Positions 42,061 through 57,299 of a stretch of 64,000 bases of DNA are shown piece after piece. Each line of letters begins with the position of its first letter. The stretch's first letter is position 1. The notes beneath the pieces were generated by a model. The model did not search any database. It was not told where the DNA came from and was given only the letters and a program-made list of their open reading frames with translations. The stretch is from Octopus vulgaris (Eukaryota): assembly GCA_951406725.2 (NCBI GenBank), contig OX597817.1, positions 68,386,001 to 68,450,000 on the forward strand, written 5' to 3'. The translations under genes and the position numbers were made by a program.

Positions 42061-45000
42061 GCACTTTTGGTAGTCGTGCTGGGGTTAAAACTGGCTTATA
42101 AAACAATTACTCTCCGTCCTGTAGAACGCGCGTAAATTTTTGAGATGTATTTTAAGGAGAAAAAAAATAGAAGTTCTGGAAGTCAAGTAATACGATAGCG
42201 TTAGTGTGAAAGATGACATCAGCTTCAAGGAACGACGTCAGAGATAGAGAAGGTTACCACATTAGTGAGTCAGTGATTGATTTAAAGGCTACTTGAGAAC
42301 TGAATTTGTTGCCAGATTTCTTGACATGTAGAAACGGTTTGTTTTTAAAATATCTTTTTAGCATGACGTGTGTGTTTTATGACAAGTTATCTTTGTAAAA
42401 CTGCATAGAGAAATGCTATTTTTTTTATTACTATTGAGCTACGATCACTACTTGTATAAGTTCGATAAAAAAATATGACAGTTTAGCTCTGCTGAATGTT
42501 TTCTTTTAACGATGAAGTTAGAACGACTTTTGGTTCATTCACGTTGTTTGTCTTTTTTCTTTTGAACAATGTTGGGGTAAATGTTCACGTCTTCTTATAA
42601 CTATTCAGGATCAGAATTTTAGTTTTAAACTAAAGGTTTATTTTTTCTTGGTTTAGTGCAAGAATGGCAAAATAGTGTTTTTAACACTAAAATCGTGATT
42701 AAAACATAAAAAGTGAAAATGAATTCACATAACAAATAGTAAAAACAGAAGAAATTACTGTTGTAGTGTAAAATATTGATTTTTGTTTGCATTTCGGACT
42801 TCTTAACAGGAAAACTAAAAATCTAAATGTAATATAGTTTAAAAAAACATAATCATCTGCAACAAATTACTCCAATCTATAAAAAATATTGAGATAACGT
42901 TTAAAATGATTTAAATTCAAAATTTACATTTGCCTGAGGTGCGTGTTTCAAACGCACATATTTAAGACAGAAAAATACACCCAAGTTTTTCTTTCATTGC
43001 ATTAAAAACCCAAAGAGATAAAAATTGTTAACCAGTGCCTTTTTATTAGTTTAAAACAGAATTTTCAAATTTTAAGAATGTTATAAAATTTTACAATTTT
43101 TTTGCGCGTGTGTGTCAGAATAGCATTCACTGGGCAAATTTCATGAATTGAATATAGTTTGATGAAAAACAGTTAATTCGTATTTCTCAGAATTCTTCGT
43201 TAATAACATGAATTAATATCTCATGTATAAGTGCAATGAGATATTTATTGATTTTATATGATCATCAATTGTTCAGTAAATTGATCAAGTACTTTTTTTT
43301 ATTTCATTAACTCTGGAAAATTATATATTATGTGGATTTTTGTAGCGGTAAATATTAAAAACAACTATTTAAACCTTTCGAGTCATGATTCAGCTAATAA
43401 TTCTACAATAAACATTTCCAAATGAGTCAATATGTTATTTCATATATTTGGAGCCAGTATCTTTTTTGCTATCAATAACATTTTCTACAATACCACTCAA
43501 AAAAATAACGCTAAACAATTTTATTAGCAATATGCCCGCAAATTTCACGTTGGAATATTTTCGTGGATGTAAGTTAAGGTTTATTGATTGATAAGTTGTG
43601 ATAGGTTCAAAATGGCTTTAAAAGAACGAATAGTATTTCGGTATTTGCAAATTTAACCAATGAAGCAAAAATACAAATGATAGCTAAATTTACTAGTAAA
43701 GATCTGGCACTCTCAATCTATCTCTATGGTAAAAATGTAGTTGGGTTTGTTGAAAGCGGCTCTGATTTAGGAAAGCCACTAAATAAAGAAAAAAAAACAG
43801 ACAAATGAAACTTAGATGTATAGTAAGGAAAGACTTTTCAGGAGGCAAACATCTAAATATATTCATGATAAACGAAATTTTACCCCACAAACCGAGTTTT
43901 ATTTCCTTAAAAGTAACCTAAAATATGACCTAGAACATATATGAAAATCAATCAAGAGAATAAGCTAAACAGATATCAAATAGGTTGGCCAAATTAAATT
44001 TGCCCGATCAAAGTTGATTTTGGTCTAAATAACAACGAATTTTAAAAAGCGTTTGTTTCCATTCTTTCTATCGCTCCCCTGTGGATCAGGTCTTAAGCAA
44101 ATTCCGAATGCTAGCATTACTGAAGTATTGGGGGTGTTTAAGAGGCATTTAGAGCAGAGGAATTATTCACAGGACTCTGAAGCTTAGTTTGAAAATTTTT
44201 GGATGCCAAAGAAGAAGAAAAAGAAAGAAACAAAGAAAGAAAGAAAGAAAAAAGAAAAAAAGAAAGTTAAATGATGATTGCAGAAAATGGTATGTGTTGG
44301 TAATCTCATTCCTTAGAAGTGATTGCAAACTGGGAATTGCAAGGTAAGAAATGATTCTATCTTCAAACATTGATTGACTGCAACATTTTTTATTAAATTA
44401 GGTGTTAAACGCAAGAGTTATTTGTTACAAAATCAGGAACTTATGGTGTTCATGCCTTTACAATGATCATCAGTGCAAATCGTGAAACACCAAACATGAA
44501 AGAACAAGACAAATATACTATTCACAAGAGACCCTTAACACGTAACAAGCAGTTCACTATAAAGTTTAAATATGAACAGAGGAGTTGTACAACTATCGTG
44601 AATCGTTTGGTATAGAATCAATATTGGTTTCAATGTTAGATACTATGGCATCAAAACATTTTTCTCTATTTCTATCTTTTACATACATACATAATCACAT
44701 CCATACACATACAAACATAAATACACACACGCGTGCGCTCGCACGCAATTATATATTTATTTCGAAGCAAAACACTACTCAGATCTCTGAAGAATAGAAT
44801 ATAAATGGTGCTATTCTCCCAATATTTTTCTCTTCTCCGATTTCTATTACTATTTGGTCAATAGTGCAGTTAAAATAATGCCCAGTACCAGTTTTACAGA
44901 CATCGGCTACTTCGTAATTTTTCCTTTCCACATGTAAACAGAGATATCTAAATGGATAACCGATCTAGTGTTTGCTCCCTGTCATTTTTTTATGCCATCT

Positions 45001-45603
45001 ATGTTATGTGCAGTATTCAGGAGTCTTTTATCTGCAGGTAAAAATAAGCCAACTTGCTTTGTATGATGTAACTGATCGGGTTTACATCAAGACATTTTTA
45101 AAAACACAATTGGTAATCGCTCCGCTATATACTGCATATAATTTGCTGAAGTCAATATTTTGACCAATATATTCCCTGCTAGTTCTTCCTAAACGATGCT
45201 TACGAGAATTTCCGCCTCTCTCCTCCACTTATATCATATCATATCCTACCACACACACACACACACACACATACACACACACACACTGGGTGTTACACCG
45301 GGTTGGGAGAAATGTGCATTAGATCAGATCGACGAATAACAGTCGAAGTTAATCACAAGCGGAGATGTTGTTTGAAGCGTTTCCTGAAAGGAAAATATAA
45401 TAAAAGAAGGATTATTGTCAGAGAAGTATGACTATAAAAATATCAATACGCCATTTCCAGAGAAGTTATTTTTGCCATGCTTCCTGAATACAACAGCACA
45501 CCAAAAGAGACTGCCAATAAAATAACGTGGAATGTAATTTATTTGCCAAACTGAAGACAAATTGGTTCAACATGTTCATGATATATTGCGAATTGTTCTT
45601 TTA

Positions 45604-45674
<71 letters not shown>

Positions 45675-45794
45675 AACTACTACTACTACTACACCACTAC
45701 CACCACCACCACCACCACCACCACTACTAACCTCTCCACCACCACCGCCACCACCACCACCATTACCACCACCACCACCACCACCACCACCACC

Positions 45795-45849
<55 letters not shown>
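45604..45849. repeat. (ACT)n-(ACC)n-(ACT)n compound microsatellite
   Basis: Directly visible; explains the poly-T/P/L ORF. Confidence 0.95.
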
Positions 45850-46133
45850 GACATGATAGAGCACCGTTCTAAATGCATTACAGAATTTGATATTTGCGTT
45901 TCTATGTTCTGAGCTAATATACCGCTGGTATCGATACAAATAGCAGCTCTTATGTTCAGAAAGTTGATTCACTAGAATATAACTTCTCTTTATCCTCTAC
46001 ATACAATATGTATATTATCAGAAACTTTATAATTAACTGAAGTAGAAGATACTATAAAGGGCAGGGCAACAATAGCTCTTTATGGTTGCACTGCCATAGG
46101 TATTGTAGGCACGAAGATACTGATTTCAAATTT

Positions 46134-46335
46134 TGGCATAAGGCTAGCAATTTTGGAGGAGTGGGTTAGTCGATAGCCCCGACTCCAGTACTGAACTGGT
46201 GCTTATTTTATCAACTCAGAAAAGCTGAAATGCAAAGTCGACCTCGGGGGAATTTGAACTCAGAATGTGAAGACGGGCGAAATGCTGTTAAGTATTACAC
46301 CCAGCGTGCTAACAATTTTGCCAACTCACTGCCTT
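46134..46335 (-). mobile_element. tRNA-like SINE (family B)
   Basis: Reverse complement of aaggc..gag.tggcaaaattgttagcacgctggg..ttctgagttcaaattccc.cgaggtcgactttgc; homologous to 51966-52372. Confidence 0.85.
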
Positions 46336-47174
46336 GTTGTCATGAAAATATGGCAGACATTGTGTATTTAAAGAATACTCGTTGATAAATTGCATTTTTT
46401 ACCACAAAAACAAGTGGTGGTGGTGGTAGTGGTGGTGGTGGTGGGAGTTTCTTCGAAAGACCGCATGCAACTTACTTGTCAACTGAGTCTTGCTCTGGGC
46501 TTGAAATTTGTTTGTACGTGCGAGCACACACACATAAACACGTTGACTTATCAGGAAATGGTTGCATAGACAAAGCTATTTGGTCGTGTTACTATAGAAT
46601 TTGTATCAACATTGAACGTTGTAAACAAATATACGTTGACGAAATAACTCGCGAAAACATACGCTCACTGAAGCTGAATTCTATTCTACTACAAACCAAA
46701 TGCACCTGTGACGATAAGCACGTTATATCACTCGTATCTGTCTAAACTTCTCGCCTGAATGTGCGCGAATTTGTTGGCAGAAATGTTAAAACAATTCAAT
46801 TTCTGATAGAAAAAGGCGACGAAAATCTAAACAACGAGCACTGATCAAGTTATGTAACAACGAGCGAGTGATCAAGTTATGTAACTGGTTTTAAGTCAGT
46901 CTATTCAATATATCAAAGAGCATGGAAACCAGTGTTAAGGGAATGTTTTATAAATCAGGAAAAATATCTGTGGACTGGCGGAAATAAAAAGACACGCAAG
47001 AAATTACCTAAAATAAAATATGTAAATATTAGAGTGTCCTACCCTGTGGTAAACTGGAAGAACACTACATATGCTTCTGTGCATGAATTACGCGCGAATT
47101 AGCTTAGTTGTTGTCACTCCCATATCTACAAGAGCAAAATCCTTTTTTAGTCTATTCATGAATATATGTAGTCT

Positions 47175-47624
47175 TTTGCCTTTTATCGTTTACTTGCTTC
47201 AGTCATAGGATTATATCCATCATGGGAAACTGACTTGAAGGGTTTTAGCCAAACGAATCAAACCCAGTACATATGCATTTCGCACATATTCTAGCACTTA
47301 TTCTAGCGGTTGCTTTTACCGAAACGCTAAGTTAAAGGGAACGTAAGCAAATCAACACTGGTTTGTGAAGCAATTGTGGACAAACACAAGCGCACAGACA
47401 CACACACCCACACGCATACACAAACACATACAGATACATACAAACACAAGTACACATATATCAATATGTGACAGTCTTCCACAGAGTTTCCGTCCTCCAA
47501 ATTCCCTTACAAGGTATTGATCATCCCGAGATAATAGTTTAAAAATACTATCCCAAGAAAACACACAGTATGACTAGATTCAAAACGACGCAGTGAATTC
47601 CTAAACTGTACAGCCACGCCTGTG
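47175..47624 (-). mobile_element. tRNA-derived SINE (family A), full length, diverged
   Basis: Head caggcgtggctgt at about 47610-47623, body and tail tgactgaagcaagtaaacgataaaag. Confidence 0.75.
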
Positions 47625-47864
47625 TCTAAATGTATCTTTAAAAGTAATTAAAATCGATTCTTTGAATGTTTATGTCATTCTAACATGGGCTCACGAATCT
47701 AATTACACCCGCATATGCAAAACATGTATATGCAGGTTTTTGCAGGCTATAAAAGCTGCGTATATTGACAGTCAGTCAGAAGGAACAACTGAAAAGAACC
47801 GATTTATCTGTTTGTTCCGGACATAGTACATAAAAAAACATTCAGCTATAATATATGGCTCTTG

Positions 47865-47997
47865 TAATTCCGCCGAGGTCGACTTTGTCTTTCATCCTTT
47901 CAGATCGATAAATTAAGTGCCAGTTGCGTACTGAGGTCGATCTAATCGACTGGCTCCCTCCCCCAAAATTTCGGGCCTTGTGCCTAGAGTAGAAAGG
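47865..47997 (+). mobile_element. 5'-truncated SINE (family B) with 15-bp TSD
   Basis: Perfect TSD AATATATGGCTCTTG (47850-47864, 47998-48012); body aattccgccgaggtcgactttg..ggccttgtgcctagagtagaaagg. Confidence 0.92.
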
Positions 47998-50299
47998 AAT
48001 ATATGGCTCTTGGACGTCTACTTCACTGTCTAAATGTGTTTATTATTTAAACTCGAACAGAACAACTTATACATGATTTTAGAGATAATTTGAAGCCGGT
48101 TTGGCTGTTATTTGTAGCAGGTCAAGCGATTACGTAGAAACACATTCGCAGGCTCGTTTTTATGGTAGAAGTAGTTGTAATTTTTCTTTTTTTGCAGTAC
48201 TGTGGACGCATTATAATAACTTTTTTATGACTCATCGATGTATTATTAATCCACGTGCATTGTGACAGTTTGTTTGTATGTTTTATATGTTCGGTGTTTC
48301 GAAATGTATGAAATGTTATTACGACAAGGACGGCAAAGCAAATTTCGTTGTCAAAATAAAATGTGAATAAATTAAGCTGACTTGGACGCCTTGTTGCTTG
48401 CAATGTTGACCTCAAGTGTTATAGTTGTAGTGGAATGAATATTCATCTCCTTCAGTCAGTTTTGCATTAATAATTCTGTATTATTTTGTAAAATTCTTCC
48501 TGAAAATTGTTCCAGGAAACGCCAACGAATCAAGAATTGATAAGGTCCTTCCTAATTTTGGTAGAAGTAAAAACGTGAAAAATGGAGGTGATATTTAACT
48601 TCCAGCTCTAAATTCCTTTTCAAGTGTCTCATTTTATTCCTATTTTGATGATGATATCACTGGAAGAACAATATCGTTTACAGGTGGATAAGAGTTTATC
48701 TCCTGTTCGCATGTAACTTGAAGTAAATGCCAACAAATCGTGAACAGAACTTCGGGGTTTGGAAAATATTTACGATTTCAAATACATTTACTTTTAAAAG
48801 CCGATAGTCAGCGCATATCTTAAAGGAAACCGTCAACGTTTTGGCTTTGTTTATGAGAAGTGTAGATGTAATTAAGATCTCTCTCAACCAAACAATCCAC
48901 GTCAATGTTATCAAAAGTTATTCTGTCAGGCAAGGGAAGATGATTTGTAATTAGGGAAGATAAGCAGGATATTGCTTTTGTCTCTCGTCAGCATAAGATC
49001 GAGTAAATTTCGGAGTGATTGAGAAAGTCGTTAACGATGAGGCGAAATGAAATTAAGATGATGATGGATTTCCGGAAGATACTGTTGTTTTCGGAATTGG
49101 GATTTCAGAATAATCTATGACCCGTGCTAGACAATAACAAGTCAGTTGGAGGGAAACTTCACGTTGTAATGCTATAAGTCTAGTTCAGAAATATTCCGCA
49201 TTCACTCGCATATTACTTAAGTTTGAAAGGCGATTGCTTTTCTAACTTTAACCAACAAAGTTGCAGCAGATCAACTTAGTAAAGTATCTCATTCCCGATC
49301 GAAGAGTCGATATGATGTGTGATCACGGTTCAGGCATTTAATTCTCTATTACTCATTCCATCATGTTTATATAATAGCTTTGAGTATGTACATTTCATAA
49401 CTGAAATGTTCCAGAACACAGTAAAAGTAAATGTGCAAAGAGCGTTTCCTTATTTGATAAAGCAACGTTCAAGCCCTTCTTTCAGCCCGGAAGAGATTAT
49501 GAAAATCCCTCCATCCCACCCCTGTATACGTTTTTTGCATCAAAATATCATGAGATTAGAGACGACTATTACGAGTTGTATCAGGCTACAACACATTCGC
49601 TATCATATTACATTAGAGAACAGAAAACAGTCTTTTGTCATATTCTTGTAGAAATTATTCTGATCATTCATTAGAATATAAAATCATAGTAACTCCTTCC
49701 AGGAAAAAAATAATGTGTTAGATAAGTCTATAAAGTCTGCAGCACTTAGAAATTCAAGTGGCTTTTTACAAACAAATAACCAGTTGAGAGAAAAGATACG
49801 TTAAGTTCTAAGCTGAGAATCTATTGTTTTTTTCATTTGAAGAGTGAAAATATTTTCCAATACCAAAACACCGGTTATATTTTCATTTAAATAGGATAAA
49901 AGAGAGTTACGAATTAGGAATTTCAAATAGCGAGAAAACATTTAAAACTAAATCAGCACTGGGTGACAAAGAAAGATATCTTGCCTAATGACACATATAT
50001 GTCTGTAGAGAAGATTGGAAAGTCTCTTGGAGAAAATTCAGAAAAGCCAACTTGAAATATTGATTTCGTTTACGGGTTACTGCTCGCTATAGGAAACGGG
50101 TAATTTTGAATTTCTAATTACATGCTGCCAAAATCCAAACATATTTCATAACCAATAATAATTTATTATATATTTCAAGAATATTGTTATCAAAATTCAT
50201 GCAGATATTAAAAAACTTCATTTGAAATACTTTAACAAAGTTTACTAAATACACTGTAGTTTCATTGCTAATATATAGTCTACACTGTATTTTCACACG

Positions 50300-50364
<65 letters not shown>

Positions 50365-50369
50365 ACACA

Positions 50370-51165
50370 CAGTGTCCTTAAAGTGTATACACACTTTGAA
50401 TAAATTGTAAAGGGAATACGTATTAAAATGACGTCTTTTCTAGAAAATTGTATGATCGACAGACATTATTTAATTGTTTTAAACCCCGTAATGTGTGTAC
50501 ATAATTTAAATAATGTATATAAAGATATGATTTATTGAAATGAATTCTTTAAAGGATATGTCATCGCCCTTTTTTCAAATTTATGTTCATTCTGGTGCAG
50601 ATAGTGTTGACAACGCGAAGCAATAGAAATGCAAATATCAATTAATATTTCATTAGATATTTGAGTGCATTCTCGTTCAATGGAAACTCTCAGTGTTTAG
50701 TGATTGTTACTGGTTTTATAGCGTGCACCTAATAACTTAAGTATCCCTATGGGAAAAAAAGTCTAAAGGGATGAGGTCTGGTGAACGAGAAGAGTATTCT
50801 ACAAAGCCCCTAATTCCAATCCACCTGATTGGCAAGATCTCTTTGAGGTAGAGTCGTACATCATGATGGTAGTGTGGTGGTGCTCAATCTAGCAGGAAAT
50901 AAAACACTTCATCTTCAAAGACTTCTCTAATGCTTTGCATGGCAGACTATTGCAGCATGTTCAAATAAACGAGACCAGTCACAGTTGCATAAAAAAATAG
51001 TTCAATTAATCCTCTTGATGTAATGCCACACCGCACTGTAACTTCTGGTGAATATGCGGATTATCAGGCCACCGTACGTACAATTGCGGCAGTAAATTGA
51101 ACCATTTAATATAAATGTTGCCTCATCATTCCACAAAACTTTTATTTGAAAGTGGATCTTCTATA
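50370..51165 (-). mobile_element. Tc1/mariner-superfamily transposon relic (rosa/DD41D-like motifs), 3' half
   Basis: Minus strand: [14 protein letters not shown]...DNPH, YFLLD*APPHYH, RSPDLIPLDFF..GYL; TIR-like end cagtgtccttaaagt at 50370. Confidence 0.75.
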
Positions 51166-51420
51166 AATTTAAGTCCTGCGTCGATTTGTTGAACTAAAGG
51201 TGGTGCTCCAGCATGGCTGCATTCAAATGACTGAAACAAGTAAATGACAAAGAAGAAAAAAAGAATGTTAATGTGTTTACGCCCCTGGAACTTAACGGTC
51301 CGGCAGAAGTTATCGAAAGAATAAGACTCAGGCTCACAAAGAAAATGTTCGGGCGTCGATTTCTGCAACTAAAAAGCGGTGCTCCAGCATGGCCACACTC
51401 AAATGACTGAAACAAGTAAC
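51165..51420 (+). mobile_element. Two tandem SINE family A 3' fragments
   Basis: Tail ggtgctccagcatggc..c..tcaaatgactgaaacaagtaa twice (about 51200-51243 and 51377-51419). Confidence 0.8.
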
Positions 51421-51641
51421 ACACCTTCCTTCCAAACACTGCTGTAAACAGTAGAAACAGCAGCGCTAAAACGTTAGAACTCAGTGCACATGCACAGCAG
51501 AGTACAAGGTCAGTTTGTACCAAACAGCTTCACTCTGCGTGCTTTAGCTGCATTACAATAGGAACAGTCTGGATACTTACTGATCAGACCTCGTGTGTAT
51601 GTATATACATATATACACAGATACATACATACATACATACA

Positions 51642-51738
<97 letters not shown>

Positions 51739-51965
51739 ATATATGTGTGTGTGTGCGTTTGTATACATACGTGTATATATAATTTGCGTGTGTCTGTGTG
51801 TGTATATATACGTTATATTAAATCCTTCAGTTAATCAGATATCAGAGCTCTCTCCAGCTTCACTCTTCTCCATGGAGACTGATAATGATACATTGCAAAT
51901 CTGCTTTGATCTTTACCAATGACGCAAGATGCCAGTAGTTTGTCTCTCATTATATATGTTGTGCA

Positions 51966-52372
51966 AGGCGGCGAGCTGGCCGAAACGTTAGCACGCCGGG
52001 CGAAATGCTTAGCGATATTTCGTCTGCCGTTACGTTCTGAGTTCAAATTCCGCCGAGGTCGACTTTGCCTTTCATACTTTCGGGGTCGATAAATTAAGTA
52101 CCAGTTAGACATTAGGGTTGATGTAATCGACTTAATCCCTTTGTCTGCTCTTGTTTGTCCTCTCTGTTTAGCCCATTGTGGCAATGAAAGAAGAAACGTT
52201 AGCACGCCGGGTGAAACGCTGAGCAGTATTTCGTCTGTCTTTATGTTCTGAGTTCAAATTCCGACGAGGTCGACTTTGCCTTTCATCCATTCGGACTCGA
52301 TAAATTAAGTACCAGTTGTGTACTGGGGTCGATCTAATCGACTGCCACCCCCCTTGTGCTTAGAGTAGAAGA
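51966..52372 (+). mobile_element. SINE family B dimer / SINE-in-SINE
   Basis: Two bodies, each starting gaaacgttagcacgccggg, with different 3' tails; whole unit flanked by cattatatatg(t/c)tgt(g/t)ca (51948-51965, 52373-52390). Confidence 0.88.
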
Positions 52373-52411
52373 CATTATATATGCTGTTCATTATATGTGT
52401 ATCCATCCACA

Positions 52412-52761
52412 GGAGGCGCAATGGCCCAGTGGTTAGGGCAGCGGACTCGCGCTCATAGGATCGCGGTTTTGTGAGTGTTTATTGAGCGAAAACACCTAAA
52501 GCTCCACGAGGCTCCGGCAGGGATGGTGGTGATCCCTGCTGTACTCTTTCACCACAACTTTCTCTCACTCTTACTTCCTGTTTCTGTTGTACCTGTATTT
52601 CAAAGGGCTGGCCTTGTCACTCTCTGTGTCACGCTGAATATCCCCGAGAACTACGTTAAGGGTACACGTGTCTGTGGAGTGCTCAGCCACTTACACGTTA
52701 ATTTCACGAGCAGGCTGTTCCGTTGATTCGGATCAACCGGAACCCTCGAGTGCTTCCATTC
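52412..52761 (+). mobile_element. tRNA-derived SINE (family C) with 11-bp TSD
   Basis: Head ggcgcaatggcccagtggttagggcagcggactcgc (A-box); TSD ATCCATCCACA (52401-52411, 52762-52772). Confidence 0.88.
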
Positions 52762-52959
52762 ATCCATCCACAAATGACTAAATCGATCTAGTCATATGTT
52801 GTCGTTCGCTCTCAAATTACCTTTGACCAAGTAGACTCGTTCTCAAAAGTATTCCTGCTGTGGCCATCTCAACTTTTTTTCTTTTTACCATACATCTAGG
52901 ACTGAAGATATGGAAGAGAGGAATGAATATAAATATACTGTTCTCTTAGGACTTTCTTC

Positions 52960-54330
52960 GATGTTTGAATTCTTATAACTAACTCTATTTTCCAATAAAT
53001 ATACGGATAAATCCCTATTTCCTCATCACACAAGGGCGTGATACACCAAATATTCTGGTCACTAAATCAATATGATCTGCCAATGACTGCTGGAGAGACT
53101 ACGATATGGTTTTGACCAAATTAGAAATATAAATAAAACGATTGTGCACACCTCAGTAAAACGTTGGCAGAAAGAAATTAAATGATAAACATTTTCAAGA
53201 TCTCAATGCTAGCGACAGTTATCGTTCCAACTTGAGCAAATATTGTTTATGATATCTTGATTAAAGAAAACTGGAGTACTTTTGAATTTGTGGTACATGA
53301 TACTGCAGAAGAAAAGCTCACCTCACTTCACAGAGTGCGGCTGATTGGTTTAGTGAAAATGATCACACAATAAAGCTCTAATTGCAGGGAAGTCAAAAGA
53401 TAAACTTGACAGAGGGAATGGATTCTAAAGTCAACGACAAAATTTAGAGTGAAATCAGGTGAGGAACACAATGAAGGCTTACGAATTTGTGGAATCAATT
53501 GTGTGTGGATAAAGCGAAAGAAATACTAGACTTTGCAAACAAGAACTAATTAATTGATTTCTTTGAATTTATTCAAAGGTCTTGAGCCCACAGAAATGGG
53601 AAAGGTGCCAATTAGATTTACGGATCGATATGTTATTCTAATGGGAAATGCTATACTGGATAAATGGCAAGAACCTTTCGAAAATTTATTTAACCATCCA
53701 TCAAATGTGTCACTTGAGAGTATTGACAATATTCCTTACCAAATCGTTTCCCTGTACTTGAATGTTAAACTCTTACTGCAATAACTTAAGACTGTGGAAT
53801 AACAATTCGGTAGAACCAGATCAAATTTCAGCAGAACTGATAAATTATGGTATTCACATTCCCTTCACTGGGATTCATCACCTAATCTTTCGCATTTGAA
53901 AACAAAGCAAAATGCCAGCAGAGGTTGATGTATTCTCGTTACGACAAAGTCAGGAAAAGTGTTTACAATATCCCTATGTAGACAATTTTCAAATTGTCAA
54001 AGCTTTCGATTCTGTACCACAAAGCACTCCCCAAAAGGTTCTTGCTTAACTTCTTAAGAATATTCATCTTTTAATAAAGATATGACGACAGATTATCACA
54101 TGGTGAAAAACCTCTCTTCCTCCTTACATATGAAATCAAACGTTAAGCATATCTGATCTTGCTTCTACCTTGTTTAATGCATGACCTACAGCTAAGCTGT
54201 GATCATTATAACAAACATCGTCCGGAATTTCCATCCGTTTTCGAGGTGATAGGAGTGATTTCTAATTTCAGAGACTGAAAAAATTGGAAAAACTAATGTT
54301 TGAACAGTCAGCTTTAATATGCTAAGAGTA
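52960..54330 (+). mobile_element. RTE (BovB-like) LINE relic, heavily decayed
   Basis: DCWRD, DWFSENDHTIKL, DKAKEILDFANKN, AILDKWQEPFENLFNHPSNVS, PDQISAELINYG, FSLRQSQEKC, KAFDSV, LASTLFN. Confidence 0.75.
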
Positions 54331-55399
54331 ATGCCTCCGGGGAGTATTATTCTGAGAAAATTCAGTCTCCCATATCTCCAAGTGTTTTAAAATATGAGGG
54401 GGGGGGGGCTATACGTATAAGAGCTTCTAAATCAGTTAAAGTGAACGATAAACAACCCTCAAATGTGAAAAGTGACTTATTCGTCCTTGATCGTTTCTGG
54501 TACTGAATTTGGAGATTTTGTGAAAATGTTTTGCTGAAAATTGAAGATTAGATAAATGTGCTAGAGAGAATTAAGGGGGATTAGCACATCCAACGAACGA
54601 AAAGGAGAACATTAAATTCAATAGAGACTCATGCTTTTGTATTATAGAATTTATCTTGTAAGCATAAGTTTTAGTTGTGCTACTGGATATGTATGATTTT
54701 TTTTTCATTTTCAAACTATTAATATATAAAAAAAAAAGGTTTCACTTACACAAACTAAAAATAATCTTCAGTTGTCCCACGAACATGAAATAGGCATAAC
54801 GGTAGGTATTTTAAAGAAAAGATTGTAGTCATACGACCTCTAAGTTTTCTTCAACTTCATTCTTCCATCTCTTTCTCATTCTGTCGTCTGTTTGTCTCAT
54901 TTCTCTACCTTCTGCCTGCTCGCAATACCCAATTTTGGCTTAGCTCAACGCTATTATTTTCTTTCGTCCCATTGTTATCTCATCAGTCATCTATTATGCA
55001 TAAAAATAGTTTACTCTAAATATAAAACTTGATGGGTGAATAGTGATGGGTGAGCCATTCATCTCTACTTTATAAGAAGCATTTAACTAAACGTAAGTTT
55101 ACACACACACACACACACACGCACACACACATAATAACGCCTAACACGAGCAAACACGGGGCCAATATGACTGAATCACCGCAAAACCACAGGAAAAGAT
55201 CACTACATTACATATTTATATCTAGTGATATTATTGTTTGATATATTTAATATTAATACTAAAAGTCCGGTATATATGTGTGCAATATTCACGCCAGTCT
55301 TTTGATCAGCTACGTAACTTCAAATTACTATTTTATTCTATATTCGGTATTCAAGGGATATCTTATTCACCCTAATCTGCGCTTATGTATTCGTATGTG

Positions 55400-55470
<71 letters not shown>

Positions 55471-55474
55471 CTCT

Positions 55475-55900
<426 letters not shown>

Positions 55901-56630
55901 CCTACATATCTATCTATCTTCGTATCTATCTATCTATCTACCTATCTATCTACCTACCTACACACATACATGCATACATACATACATACATACATCCATA
56001 CATCCATACATGTGTGTGTGTGTGTGTGTGTAACTAAATGATTATAGTTTTAATGCTTATAATCGTAGGCCTGCTGACTTGATGGGTTTAAGCAGTAACA
56101 GCATAGCTATATTGACACGCTATATTAATACATATTATTAAAACTAATCAAAGAGATAACCTGAATGTGGTCATTCGACTAGCTAGAAATAGCATCCAAA
56201 TCCCCCCTCATCGCATTATTACTTAAAAAAAGTAAAAGGAAGAACATCTTGAATAAATGCATAAAAAATGGAATGGTCATGGTTAGAATGTCTTTCACTA
56301 TTGGCCTTCTTGACCGTAACTTAATCAGGGCTGACCTACTATAACAACGAATATCATCAAAGAATTACAGTCGTATGATGAAGCATCCATTTTAATCCCA
56401 GCCAAATTCGTTTTCATATAAGTATTAACTACGTCGGGATGAAACATTCAAGATGGTGGACAGTGATTGCTAAGAAGCTTTAATTTCAGATAAATAGTTC
56501 TTAGAGTAGTCCCAATAGGTTTCCACCTACAACACACTTTCTTATGATTAGCTTTAGCTTGATCTTTAGAATCAAACTAGCGTGTTTAAGTTGGTAGTAA
56601 AACCTGTTTTTGATTCAAAGCATACGGTAT

Positions 56631-56679
<49 letters not shown>

Positions 56680-57062
56680 ACATACTTCCACAAGCATATG
56701 CTTACAAATATATGTATGTATGAATGTATATATATACTTGTATATGTGTGTGCATATATATGTTTATACACACATACACAATCATATTCCACGTGTGTGC
56801 TTGTGTGCATGTGTGTTGTAAGAATAACAACATAAGGAAACGAAATAAAAGAAAGGGTTTATCTGAAATAAATATAAAAGTGATGCAACCACTAATGAAC
56901 TCTTCATTTCTAAGTTTCATACAGAGAAATTCTGCAAGTTGTGACTCAATAATTATTATGAACTCAATAACACACACATGTGTGTATATATATATATTCT
57001 TTTATTCTCTTATTTGTCTCACTCATTTGACTACGGCCATGCTGCAGCACCGCTTTAATATA

Positions 57063-57095
<33 letters not shown>

Positions 57096-57299
57096 GTGAC
57101 CGCGTGTGTACCGTTGGTGATTTTTTTCCTCCGTCTTCTCTTCTCTGGATCTTTCCTTCTCCTATGTTTCCGACGAAGAGCTCCGCTCGAAACGTTAAAC
57201 CCTCCTTCTTCCTTTCTTTCCTGAGCGTCCAATAATACTATATTTGTTCCACGTCCTCGCGTTGTTGTCTTTTTTTGTGCTTTCATGTTTGGATTAACT
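57096..57299 (+). mobile_element. Solo PLE-type terminal repeat carrying a hammerhead motif (U4C at 57171)
   Basis: gttt-CCGACGA-a-GAGC-tcc-GCTC-GAAA-cgtt-aaac at 57166-57200; embedded in (TA)n on both sides. Confidence 0.75.

Noticed and set aside
45562-45912. Thr/Pro/Leu-rich mucin- or formin-like ORF
   Set aside because: Pure (ACT)n/(ACC)n microsatellite without codon variation or flanking domain.
52412-52470. tRNA gene
   Set aside because: Only a tRNA-like SINE head: the T-arm/B-box is missing, and it continues into a SINE body bounded by a TSD.
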